From: an uncultured Chloroflexia bacterium
Lineage (GTDB): Bacteria > Chloroflexota > Dehalococcoidia > UBA2979
DNA: 64,000 nt
Reading direction: 5' to 3'
NCBI GenBank assembly: GCA_963728205.1
Contig: CAVSIV010000006.1
Location: forward strand, 1,792,001 to 1,856,000
The notes under the pieces were generated by a model. It saw only the letters and a program-made list of their open reading frames with translations, was not told the origin of the DNA and did no database searches. A program made the translations under genes and the position numbers. Position 1 is the stretch's first letter. The number at the start of each line of letters is the position of its first letter. Positions 1 through 7,489 of the stretch are shown here, in pieces.

Positions 1-1285
1 CGGCGACGGTGAGGAAGTAGGTGGGGTAGCCCAGGGCCCGCACGACGGCGAGCTCCTCGTCGAGCCGGTCCAGGACGACCTGGTGCTCGGACTCCCGGGC
101 CGCGGGGTAGCGCCACCCGACCGCGGCTCGACAGCGCTGCGCGAGGACCACCATCGGGTCCTCGTCCGGGGCGATGCCGAGGATCTCGGCCTCCGGGAGG
201 TGCACGGCACCGATGCCGAGGTCGGTGCCGGACTGCTGGGCGCACTCCTCGCCGAGGAGGGCCGTCATCGCGAGGAGCCGCTGCGAGCGGGCCCGGTCGC
301 CACCGGTGACCTCGAGGGCTCGGGTGCGCATCGTCGCCGCGTCGGCCAGGTGGCCCGCGTCGGTGACCCGGTCGAGGTGGCGGGAGTCGAGCACCACGAG
401 GCGCCTCGCGGCGTCGAGCAGGTCGACGGTGCGCACCTGGTCGGGGTCGGCGTGCCGGACCGCGGCGGAGAGGACCGCCGGCACCCCTGCCTCGTCGGCG
501 AGCCCCAGCAACCGGGCCGCGTGCGAGCGACAGCCGGGAGTGCCCTCGGGACCGCCCTGCAGGACGACCTCGACCGCCAGGCCGTCGCGGGGCAGGAGCG
601 CGCGCCAGGACCGCAGCAGGTGCTGCGCGAGCTCGCGGTGCCCGGCGAGCAGGGCCCGGCCGACATCGGAGTCGGGGCCGAGAAGCACGAGCAGCCGGCT
701 CCCCTCCTCGTCGGGTCGAGGTGACACCGCCCGCGGTTCCGTGCAGGAGCACCTCGACCCCGCCGCGTCCTCTCCCGGTCGAGGTGACACCGCCCGCGGT
801 TCCGCGCAGGAGCACCTCGACCCCGCCGCACCTCCGCGAGCCCATCGCGCGAGGAGGTCGGGGGTGGTCACCGGGGTGCCGCGCTCACCCCGCAGGTGGG
901 TCTCGGTGACGAGCCGGCACAGCGCGGCCCACCCGGCACCCGCGGCGACTCCCCCGGCCCGGCCCCGGGCGAGCACGGTGGCTCGCGGTCGCCTCGGGTC
1001 GACCAGGGCACCGCCGCGCACCGGGGCGCGGGTGCGCGAGGTCGAGAGGGGCCTCGACGATGACGTCGGCGCCTCGACGGCGAGGTCGACGCCGAGCACG
1101 GGAGCGATCCCTGCCCGGTCGCAGGCCGTGGCGAACCGCACCGCGCCGTAGAGCCCGTCACGGTCGGTGAGCGCGAGGGCGCCCTGCCCCTGGGCCGCGG
1201 CACGCTCGACGAGGTCCTCGGGCATGGATGCGCCGTAGCGCATCGAGAACCCCGACGCGACGTGGAGGTGGGTGAAGTCGTCCAT
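1..1285 (-). CDS. dnaE2: DNA polymerase III alpha subunit, DnaE2-like (error-prone type), N-terminal part; runs off the window edge
   Basis: Manual translation from ATG at 1285: MDDFTHLHVASGFSMRYGASMPEDLVERAA...ALALTDRDGLYGAVRFATAC (PHP domain) through ...LDEELAVVRALGYPTYFLTVA. The frame is open to base 1 and absent from the ORF track because no stop lies in the window. Confidence 0.88.
   Translation of the reverse strand, partial: MDDFTHLHVASGFSMRYGASMPEDLVERAAAQGQGALALTDRDGLYGAVRFATACDRAGIAPVLGVDLAVEAPTSSSRPLSTSRTRAPVRGGALVDPRRPRATVLARGRAGGVAAGAGWAALCRLVTETHLRGERGTPVTTPDLLARWARGGAAGSRCSCAEPRAVSPRPGEDAAGSRCSCTEPRAVSPRPDEEGSRLLVLLGPDSDVGRALLAGHRELAQHLLRSWRALLPRDGLAVEVVLQGGPEGTPGCRSHAARLLGLADEAGVPAVLSAAVRHADPDQVRTVDLLDAARRLVVLDSRHLDRVTDAGHLADAATMRTRALEVTGGDRARSQRLLAMTALLGEECAQQSGTDLGIGAVHLPEAEILGIAPDEDPMVVLAQRCRAAVGWRYPAARESEHQVVLDRLDEELAVVRALGYPTYFLTVA
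713..829. repeat. Two tandem 63-bp palindromic (REP-like) units inside dnaE2
   Basis: ggtcgaggtgacaccgcccgcggttccg(t/c)gcaggagcacctcgaccccgccgc starts at 714 and 777. Stems: 713-723 with 750-760, and 777-786 with 813-822. Confidence 0.92.
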
Positions 1286-1291
1286 CACCGC

Positions 1292-1711
1292 TCAGGCCGT
1301 GCGGACGGGAACCAGCCGCCGCGGTCGGTGTGCCGAGGGAAGGCCCAACCGGGCCGCCGCGAGGTCCACGAAGGTCTCGGCGTCACGGAGCAGGTCGTCG
1401 GCCTCGCGGGCGCTGACCCGCACCAGCCCCGTCTCGACGCCGACACGCTGCCCGGTGACCGCGGAGAACCGCTCCGACCACTCGGTGAGCTCGGGCGCGA
1501 CGCGCGAGGTCAGCGACCAGACGTCGTGCGGGCCGGTGCGACTGGCCGCGGGGGCCGTGGCCGACCCGGCGGCGACCAGCGCGGCGGCGGCGCGCAGCGC
1601 GGCCAGCGAGGCGGCGAGGTAGCGCTCGGAGGCGAGCGAGGCGGTGTACCCGCCCGTGATCGCCTCACGCGATCGGTCCAGGAGGTCCAGGGTGGTGGCA
1701 GCGTGACTCAT
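1292..1711 (-). CDS. SAV_6107-family HEPN domain protein
   Basis: MSHAATTLDLLDRSR...ERYLAASLAALRAAAAL...VAPELTEWSERF...VSAREADDLLRDAETF resembles the actinobacterial SAV_6107 HEPN family. SD GAGGAG upstream of ATG 1711. Confidence 0.8.
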   Translation of the reverse strand: MSHAATTLDLLDRSREAITGGYTASLASERYLAASLAALRAAAALVAAGSATAPAASRTGPHDVWSLTSRVAPELTEWSERFSAVTGQRVGVETGLVRVSAREADDLLRDAETFVDLAAARLGLPSAHRPRRLVPVRTA

Positions 1712-1721
1712 CGGGTCTCCT

Positions 1722-2045
1722 CTAGTCGTGGGCTCGCAGGAGGAGCCAGTGGTCGTCGTCGCGGCCGAGGTCGAAGACCCCCGCCGGGCCCGAGGGAGGA
1801 GCCGCCTCCACCCGCCAGACCTCGCGCTGGGTGCTCGGGACACCGGTGGAGGGCTGGTCACCCACCTCACGCCACCACGCCCGGCGTTCCTGCCACGAGG
1901 AGAGCACGGCGCACACGGTGTAGCGGCGCCCGCGCCAGACGAAGTCCCGCGGTGCCCCGCCGTCGGCAGTGGATGCCGCAGCGGGCCTCCCGGCTCCCGC
2001 ACCGGAGCCACGGACCGTGACGGGTTCGTCGTGCCGACGCACCAT
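1722..2045 (-). CDS. DUF6504 family protein
   Basis: MVRRHDEPVTVR...FVWRGRRYTVCAVLSSWQERRAWW...REVWRVEA...GVFDL...WLLLRAHD. This family is typically found next to dnaE2. Confidence 0.78.
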   Translation of the reverse strand: MVRRHDEPVTVRGSGAGAGRPAAASTADGGAPRDFVWRGRRYTVCAVLSSWQERRAWWREVGDQPSTGVPSTQREVWRVEAAPPSGPAGVFDLGRDDDHWLLLRAHD

Positions 2046-2121
2046 GGCGACCTCCGGCGAGCAGGGCCGACCGGCCGGCGACCCTGCGGAGGCGCCGGCA
2101 ACCGGCCGAACGGTGATCTGG

Positions 2122-2137
2122 TCGAACACGTGTTCGA
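2122..2137. promoter_or_regulatory. LexA (SOS) box
   Basis: TCGAACACGTGTTCGA is an exact match to the actinobacterial consensus TCGAAC-N4-GTTCGA and lies within the perfect palindrome 2113-2146. Confidence 0.88.
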
Positions 2138-2147
2138 CCAGATCACT

Positions 2148-2169
2148 ACTGTAGCCCGCCCCCCCGACA
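2148..2169 (-). promoter_or_regulatory. PafBC-type (RecA-NDp) DNA-damage promoter of the DUF6504-HEPN-dnaE2 operon
   Basis: Minus strand reads TGTCGG-GGGGGCGGGC-TACAGT = TGTCGG-N10-TA-N3-T. Confidence 0.75.
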
Positions 2170-2249
2170 CCCCGTCAAGCCCGTTCCGGGCACAGCAGGC
2201 CACCCGCAGGGGGCAGCGCGGCGGGCTCCTCCACCCCTACGCTGTGCCC

Positions 2250-2819
2250 ATGCCGAACGAGCAGGCGGGTGGCGTCGGCGGCGCCCCCACCGGGATCGAG
2301 CCCCTCCCCCCGGGCGAGCCACCGGCGCGCGACCTCACGACCCACCCCCTCGTCTCCCGGGTGCTCGAGACCCTGGCGCTGCACCACGTGCGACCCGAGC
2401 TGCGACAGCTCCCCGAGGCGGCGCGCACCGCGAAGGCCGCGGCCGCGGCCCTGGGGGTGTCCCCCGCCGAGATCGCCAACAGCCTCGTCTTCGCCGCGAC
2501 CCATGACGACGGAGCGCTCGGTCCCCTCCTCGTCCTGACCTCGGGGGCCCACCGCGTCGACACCGCCAAGGTCGCCGAGCTCGCCCACCTCGTCTCCCTC
2601 GACCGGGCCGACCCCGCGTTCGTCCTCGAGCACACGGGGATGGTCATCGGAGGGGTCGCACCGGTCGGGCACCCGGAGCACATCCGCACCATCATCGACG
2701 TCACCCTCGGGCGCTACCGCAGGGTCTGGGCCGCCGCCGGCCACAGCCACACCGTCTTCGCGACCACCTACGACGAGCTGATCCGGGTCACCGGTGGACA
2801 CCCGATGGACGTCGCCTGA
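2250..2819 (+). CDS. YbaK/EbsC family aminoacyl-tRNA deacylase
   Basis: ARTAKAAAAALGV...IANSLVF...LTSGAHRVD...TGMVIGGVAPVGH...VWAAAG motifs. Confidence 0.85.
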   Translation: MPNEQAGGVGGAPTGIEPLPPGEPPARDLTTHPLVSRVLETLALHHVRPELRQLPEAARTAKAAAAALGVSPAEIANSLVFAATHDDGALGPLLVLTSGAHRVDTAKVAELAHLVSLDRADPAFVLEHTGMVIGGVAPVGHPEHIRTIIDVTLGRYRRVWAAAGHSHTVFATTYDELIRVTGGHPMDVA

Positions 2820-2873
2820 GCGCGTCGTGCGACGACGACGCAGGTCGTCAGAACCACCGCCTAGGGTGGCGGC

Positions 2874-3593
2874 ATGAGCGAACCCACGGACATCATCCTG
2901 CTCGGCGGCCTCTGGCTCGACGGGACGATCTGGGACGACGTCGTCATCGCCCTGGAGTCCCTCGGCCACCGCGCGGTGCCCCTCACCCTCCCCGGCCAGG
3001 GCGACGGCGCGAGCAGTGCGGGGCTGGAGGACCAGGTCGACGCCGTGCTCACCGCGGTCGACGGGGCACCGGGGCGGGTCGTCGTGGTCGGGCACTCCGC
3101 CGCGTGCACCCTCGCATGGCTTGCCGCCGATGCCCGCCCGGGCGCCCTCGCCGGCGTGGTGCTCATCGGCGGGTTCCCCTCCGCGGACGGCGAGCGCTAC
3201 GCCGACTTCTTCCCCATGCGCGACGGCGCGATGCCCTTTCCCGGCTGGGAGCCCTTCGAGGGCCCCGACTCCGCCGACCTCGACGAGACCGCACGGGCGC
3301 GCATCGCCGACGGTGCCGTCCCGGTGCCCGAGGGCGTGGCCCGTGGGGTGGTCCGCCTGCGCGACGAGCGACGGTTCGACGTGCCCGTGACGCTCATCTG
3401 CCCGGAGTTCACCCCGAGCCAGGCCCGCGAGTGGATCGACGGCGGAGACCTCCCCGAGCTGGCCCGCGCCCACGACCTCCGGCTCGTCGACCTCGACACC
3501 GGGCACTGGCCCATGGTCAGCGCGCCGACCACGCTCGCGGTGGCCATCGCCGCCACGACCACAGGTCCGCCACCCAGCGCCACGACGGCCTGA
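2874..3593 (+). CDS. Alpha/beta fold hydrolase
   Basis: GLWLDG, LPGQG, VVVGHSAA nucleophile elbow, TGHWPM catalytic His. Confidence 0.85.
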   Translation: MSEPTDIILLGGLWLDGTIWDDVVIALESLGHRAVPLTLPGQGDGASSAGLEDQVDAVLTAVDGAPGRVVVVGHSAACTLAWLAADARPGALAGVVLIGGFPSADGERYADFFPMRDGAMPFPGWEPFEGPDSADLDETARARIADGAVPVPEGVARGVVRLRDERRFDVPVTLICPEFTPSQAREWIDGGDLPELARAHDLRLVDLDTGHWPMVSAPTTLAVAIAATTTGPPPSATTA

Positions 3594-3655
3594 CGCGCAC
3601 CTGCGACCTCAGCGGACCGTTCGGCGACGGGTCATCCCATGCCGCGACGCGCGTG

Positions 3656-4561
3656 TCACAGCGAGAGGTTCTGGTGCACCTCGAGCGTCGCCGTCGAGCG
3701 GTTCATCGTGATGAAGTGGATGCCGGGCGCACCCTCGTCGAGCAGCCGCTGCCCGATCTCGGTGGCGATCTGCACGCCGACCGAGCGCACCGCCTCGGGG
3801 TCGTCCTTGACCGCCTCCAGGCGAGCGACGAGCCCGGGTGGCAGGGGCGTGCCCATGAGCTCGGACATCCGGGTCACCTGGCGCAGGTTGGTCACGGGCA
3901 TCAGCCCGGGCGTGATCGGGAGGGTGCGGCGCGCCGACACCCGGTCGCGCAACCGCAGGTAGGACTCGGGATCGAAGACCATCTGCGTGATCGCGAACTC
4001 CGCTCCCGCGTCGGCCTTGCGCACGAGCACCTCGACGTCGTGGTCGAGGCCGGGGCTGTCCGGGTGCACGTCGGGGAACGCGGCCACACCGATGGTGAGG
4101 TCCCCCAGCCCATGGATCAGCTCGACGAGCTGGTCGGCGTGGTCCAGTCCCTCCGGGTGCCGGACCCACTCGCCCCGGGCGTTGCCGGGCGGGTCGCCGC
4201 GCAGGGCGAGGATGTTGCGGATGCCGGACGCGGCGTACGCTCCGACGACCTGCCGGACCTCGCGGACGGACGCACCGACGCAGGTGAGGTGGGCGAGGGG
4301 GGTCAGGGAGGTCTCGTCCGCGATGCGAGCCGTCACCCGAACGGTGCGGTCCTGGGTGGTACCCCCGGCGCCGTAGGTCACCGACACGAAGGCCGGCCGC
4401 ACCCGCTCGAGACGTCGGATGGCCATCCACAGCGCGGCCTCGGACTCGTCGTCCTTGGGCGGGAAGAACTCGAAGCTGATCGAGGGGGCGTCCTGCGCGA
4501 GCCGCGCAGGAATCGAGGCGACCAGGTGCGCCGGACGCCCGCCTCCTCCGTAGTGAGCCAT
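3656..4561 (-). CDS. metF: 5,10-methylenetetrahydrofolate reductase
   Basis: SFEFFPPK, FVSVTYGAGG, AHLTCV, LALRGDPP, AITQMVFD, GIHFITMNRS. Confidence 0.95.
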   Translation of the reverse strand: MAHYGGGGRPAHLVASIPARLAQDAPSISFEFFPPKDDESEAALWMAIRRLERVRPAFVSVTYGAGGTTQDRTVRVTARIADETSLTPLAHLTCVGASVREVRQVVGAYAASGIRNILALRGDPPGNARGEWVRHPEGLDHADQLVELIHGLGDLTIGVAAFPDVHPDSPGLDHDVEVLVRKADAGAEFAITQMVFDPESYLRLRDRVSARRTLPITPGLMPVTNLRQVTRMSELMGTPLPPGLVARLEAVKDDPEAVRSVGVQIATEIGQRLLDEGAPGIHFITMNRSTATLEVHQNLSL

Positions 4562-4647
4562 GGCGGTGAGGGTAGTCCAGCACCGACACCGTAGGCTCCT
4601 GGCAGCCACGATCCGACCGTCGACCCGTCCGCCAAGGGGGTGCGCCC

Positions 4648-5733
4648 GTGACCAGTCCCCTCGAGGACGTCGACCTCCCTGCCCGGATCCAGGCGTGCCT
4701 GGACCGCGAGCTCGACACGCAGGCCGCGACACTCGCCGAGCTCGGGCCCGACGTGGAGGAGCTCCTCGTCGCGATCGCTGACCTCCTGAGAGGGGGGAAG
4801 CGGCTCAGGGCGGCCTTCCTCTACTGGGGTCACCGTGCCTCGGGGCGTCCCGACTCCGAGGCGCTCGTGCGGCTGGCGAGCTCGATGGAGCTCTTCCAGG
4901 CGGCCGCGCTCATCCACGACGACGTGATGGACGACTCCGACACCCGGCGCGGGCTCCCCGCGGCGCACCGCGTCTTCGCCGCCGGGCACCTGGAGCGGGG
5001 GTGGAGTGGGGATCCCGACCGCTTCGGCCTCGCCGGCGCCGTGCTGGCCGGCAACCTGTGCCTCGCGTGGTCCGACGAGGTCTATGCCACGTGCGGGCTG
5101 CCGGCCGCCGACGTCGCGCGTGGGCGGCCGGTCTTCGACCTCATGCGCACCCAGCTGATGGCCGGGCAGTTCCTCGACGTCGTCGAGTCGATGCGCCCCT
5201 GGGCCGGGCTGGATGCCGGGGAGCGGGTCGAGCGGGCGACCAGGGTCATCCGCTACAAGAGCGCGAAGTACAGCGTGGAGCACCCGCTGCTCATCGGGGC
5301 GACGGTGGGCGGACTCGGCGGGGCGGACCTCGATGCGCTCTCGGCCTACGGCCTGTCCCTCGGCCAGGCCTTCCAGCTGCGCGATGACCTCCTCGGCGTC
5401 TTCGGGGACCCTGCGCAGACGGGCAAGCCGGCCGGTGACGACCTGCGCGAGGGCAAGCGCACGGTGCTCCTGGCCCACACGCTGGCAGGCTCCGGCCCCG
5501 ACTCCCGCGACCTCGTGGAGTCCCTGGTGGGCCGCGCCGACCTCGATGACGAGCAGGTCGGGGCGATCCGGGAGGTGATCACCGACTCCGGAGCCGTCGA
5601 GGTGATCGAGCGCGAGATCCAGGCCCTGGCGTCCTCGGCCCACGCGGCCCTGGCGTCCGCGGCCGGGGTGGCTGCCGACGCACGAGGCGCGCTGGCGCAG
5701 CTGGTCGAGGTCGCGACCGCCCGTTCGGCCTGA
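4648..5733 (+). CDS. Polyprenyl diphosphate (GGPP) synthase
   Basis: GGKRLR, LIHDDVMDDSDTRRG (first Asp-rich motif), FQLRDDLLG (second motif), GDDLREGK. Confidence 0.93.
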   Translation: MTSPLEDVDLPARIQACLDRELDTQAATLAELGPDVEELLVAIADLLRGGKRLRAAFLYWGHRASGRPDSEALVRLASSMELFQAAALIHDDVMDDSDTRRGLPAAHRVFAAGHLERGWSGDPDRFGLAGAVLAGNLCLAWSDEVYATCGLPAADVARGRPVFDLMRTQLMAGQFLDVVESMRPWAGLDAGERVERATRVIRYKSAKYSVEHPLLIGATVGGLGGADLDALSAYGLSLGQAFQLRDDLLGVFGDPAQTGKPAGDDLREGKRTVLLAHTLAGSGPDSRDLVESLVGRADLDDEQVGAIREVITDSGAVEVIEREIQALASSAHAALASAAGVAADARGALAQLVEVATARSA

Positions 5734-5748
5734 GGGGTCTCCTCCGGC

Positions 5749-6132
5749 CTAGAAGGCCTCCTCCATCGCACGGCGGCGGACCTCGGTCTTGAACCCCGCG
5801 AGGATCGCGTCGATGGGGGCTCCGGGCACCGGAAGGGTGTCGTCCGGGGTGTGCAGCCAGCGGATGATCTCCTCGTCGTTCATCCCGCCGTCGGCGAGCA
5901 CCGTGAAGGTGCCCTTGAGCTCAGGGAGCGGACCGTCGGGCCCGAGGAAGCGGCCAGGGACGGCGACCACGCGCCGCTCGCCGACGCGCAGCGAGAGCAG
6001 TTCCCGGTCGGCGAGGAGCTGGCGGACCGACGAGAGCGAGATCCCGTACCGCTCGGCGATGTCGGGGACCGTGACCCAGCTGTCGACGAGGTCCTCGGTG
6101 TCGTGGTCGGGTCGGCTCGGTTCGTCGCTCAC
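5749..6132 (-). CDS. Rv2175c-family DNA-binding protein
   Basis: WVTVPDIAERYG...LKGTFTVLADGG...EIIRWL...PIDAI...EVRRRA. Conserved position beside the PASTA kinase. Confidence 0.85.
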   Translation of the reverse strand: MSDEPSRPDHDTEDLVDSWVTVPDIAERYGISLSSVRQLLADRELLSLRVGERRVVAVPGRFLGPDGPLPELKGTFTVLADGGMNDEEIIRWLHTPDDTLPVPGAPIDAILAGFKTEVRRRAMEEAF

Positions 6133-6281
6133 GGTGGACAGGGTGTCACACGGGCACTGCGCGGCGCCCCGGACACGACTGCCCCCCGAGAAACCGCAGG
6201 GTGCGCGCCACGGGCTCGACTTCGGTAGCGTGAGCCCCAAGCTCATCATCTGTCACATCCGTCACACCTGAGGACGACCCC

Positions 6282-7437
6282 ATGGCCATCGCTGCCACGC
6301 CAGCCGCCGCCCCGCCCACCGCCGCGTACCTCCCTGCTCGGTCGCGGCGTCGAACGCCGCGCCACACGGGTGGACGACGCACCGGGTCCGCAGCGGGGAC
6401 ACCCTCATCGGCATCGCCGCCCGCTACCGGAGCACGGTCGACGTCATCGCGACGCGCAACAACATCCGCAACCGCTCCCACATCGTCGTGGGCACCACCC
6501 TCAGCGTCCCCAGGACCTCTGCGGCGGCCAGAAGACCACCACCGGGAGTCCACCCCGGCGGCGTCGTCCCGCGTCCACGTCGTGCGCAGTGGCGACACCC
6601 TCATCGGCATCGCCGCGAAGTACCACGTCAGCCTCGCCTCGGTGCTCAAGGCGAACCACCTCTCCATGCGGTCGACGATCTACGTCGGCCAGAAGGTCAA
6701 GGTCCGCGGTGCCGCGACCACGACGAGCGCCGCGAAGGCATCCACGAGGAAGCCCGCACCGCCGCGAAACCCAGCGCCACGAGCTACAGGGTCCGCGCCG
6801 GCGACACCCTCGGCGCCATCGCCCGCGCGCACGGCACGACGGTCTCGGCGATCACCAAGGCCAACGGGATCTCCTCGCGGTCGCTGATCCACCCGGGGCA
6901 GACGCTGAGCCTGCCCGGGGCCAAGAAGCCGGCCGCCGCGGCGAAGAAGACGTCAGCCGTCCCGGACACCTACCTGGGAGTCACCTATCCGAAGAAGGTG
7001 GCCGAGGCTGCCGCTCACAACCGGGCGGTGCTGGCCAAGCGCAAACACCCAGCCGCAGTGCGACCAAGGACCTCATCATCGCCACCGCCCGCAGGCACGG
7101 GGTCGACCCCAAGCTCGCCCTCGCCATCGCCTGGCAGGAGTCGGGGTGGAACCAACGGGCGGTCTCCCCCGCCAACGCGGTCGGCGTGATGCAGGTCATC
7201 CCCGCCGGGGGGCAGTGGGCCTCCGACCTCACCGGCCGCAGGCTGGACCTCCTCGACACCGAGGACAACATCACCGCCGGGGTCGTCATGCTCCGGGCGC
7301 TCGGGCGGTCCACGTCGAGCACCGAGAATGCCGTGGCCGCCTACTACCAAGGGCTGACCTCCCTGCGCGAGCGGGGGATGTACACCGACACCGGCCGCTA
7401 CGTCGACACGGTCATGGCGCTGCGCAAGACCATGTGA
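6282..7437 (+). CDS. Three-LysM lytic transglycosylase (SLT domain); several frameshifts
   Basis: Three LysM repeats (VRSGDTLIGIAA twice, VRAGDTLGAIA) in different frames, then ALAIAWQESGWNQRAVSPANAVGVMQV...AYYQG. Confidence 0.85.
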
Positions 7438-7489
7438 TCACGGACGGAGGGTGGCCGAGATGGTGTCTGGCGCTACGTACACTCGTGCG

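Noticed and set aside
713-829. Palindromic direct repeats as a mini CRISPR array
   Set aside because: Only two units, nearly identical throughout with no unique spacers, no cas genes, and located in frame within a CDS.
6133-6281. c-di-AMP (ydaO) riboswitch upstream of the LysM transglycosylase
   Set aside because: The intergenic region is short and I could not see the conserved riboswitch elements; an Infernal search would be needed.
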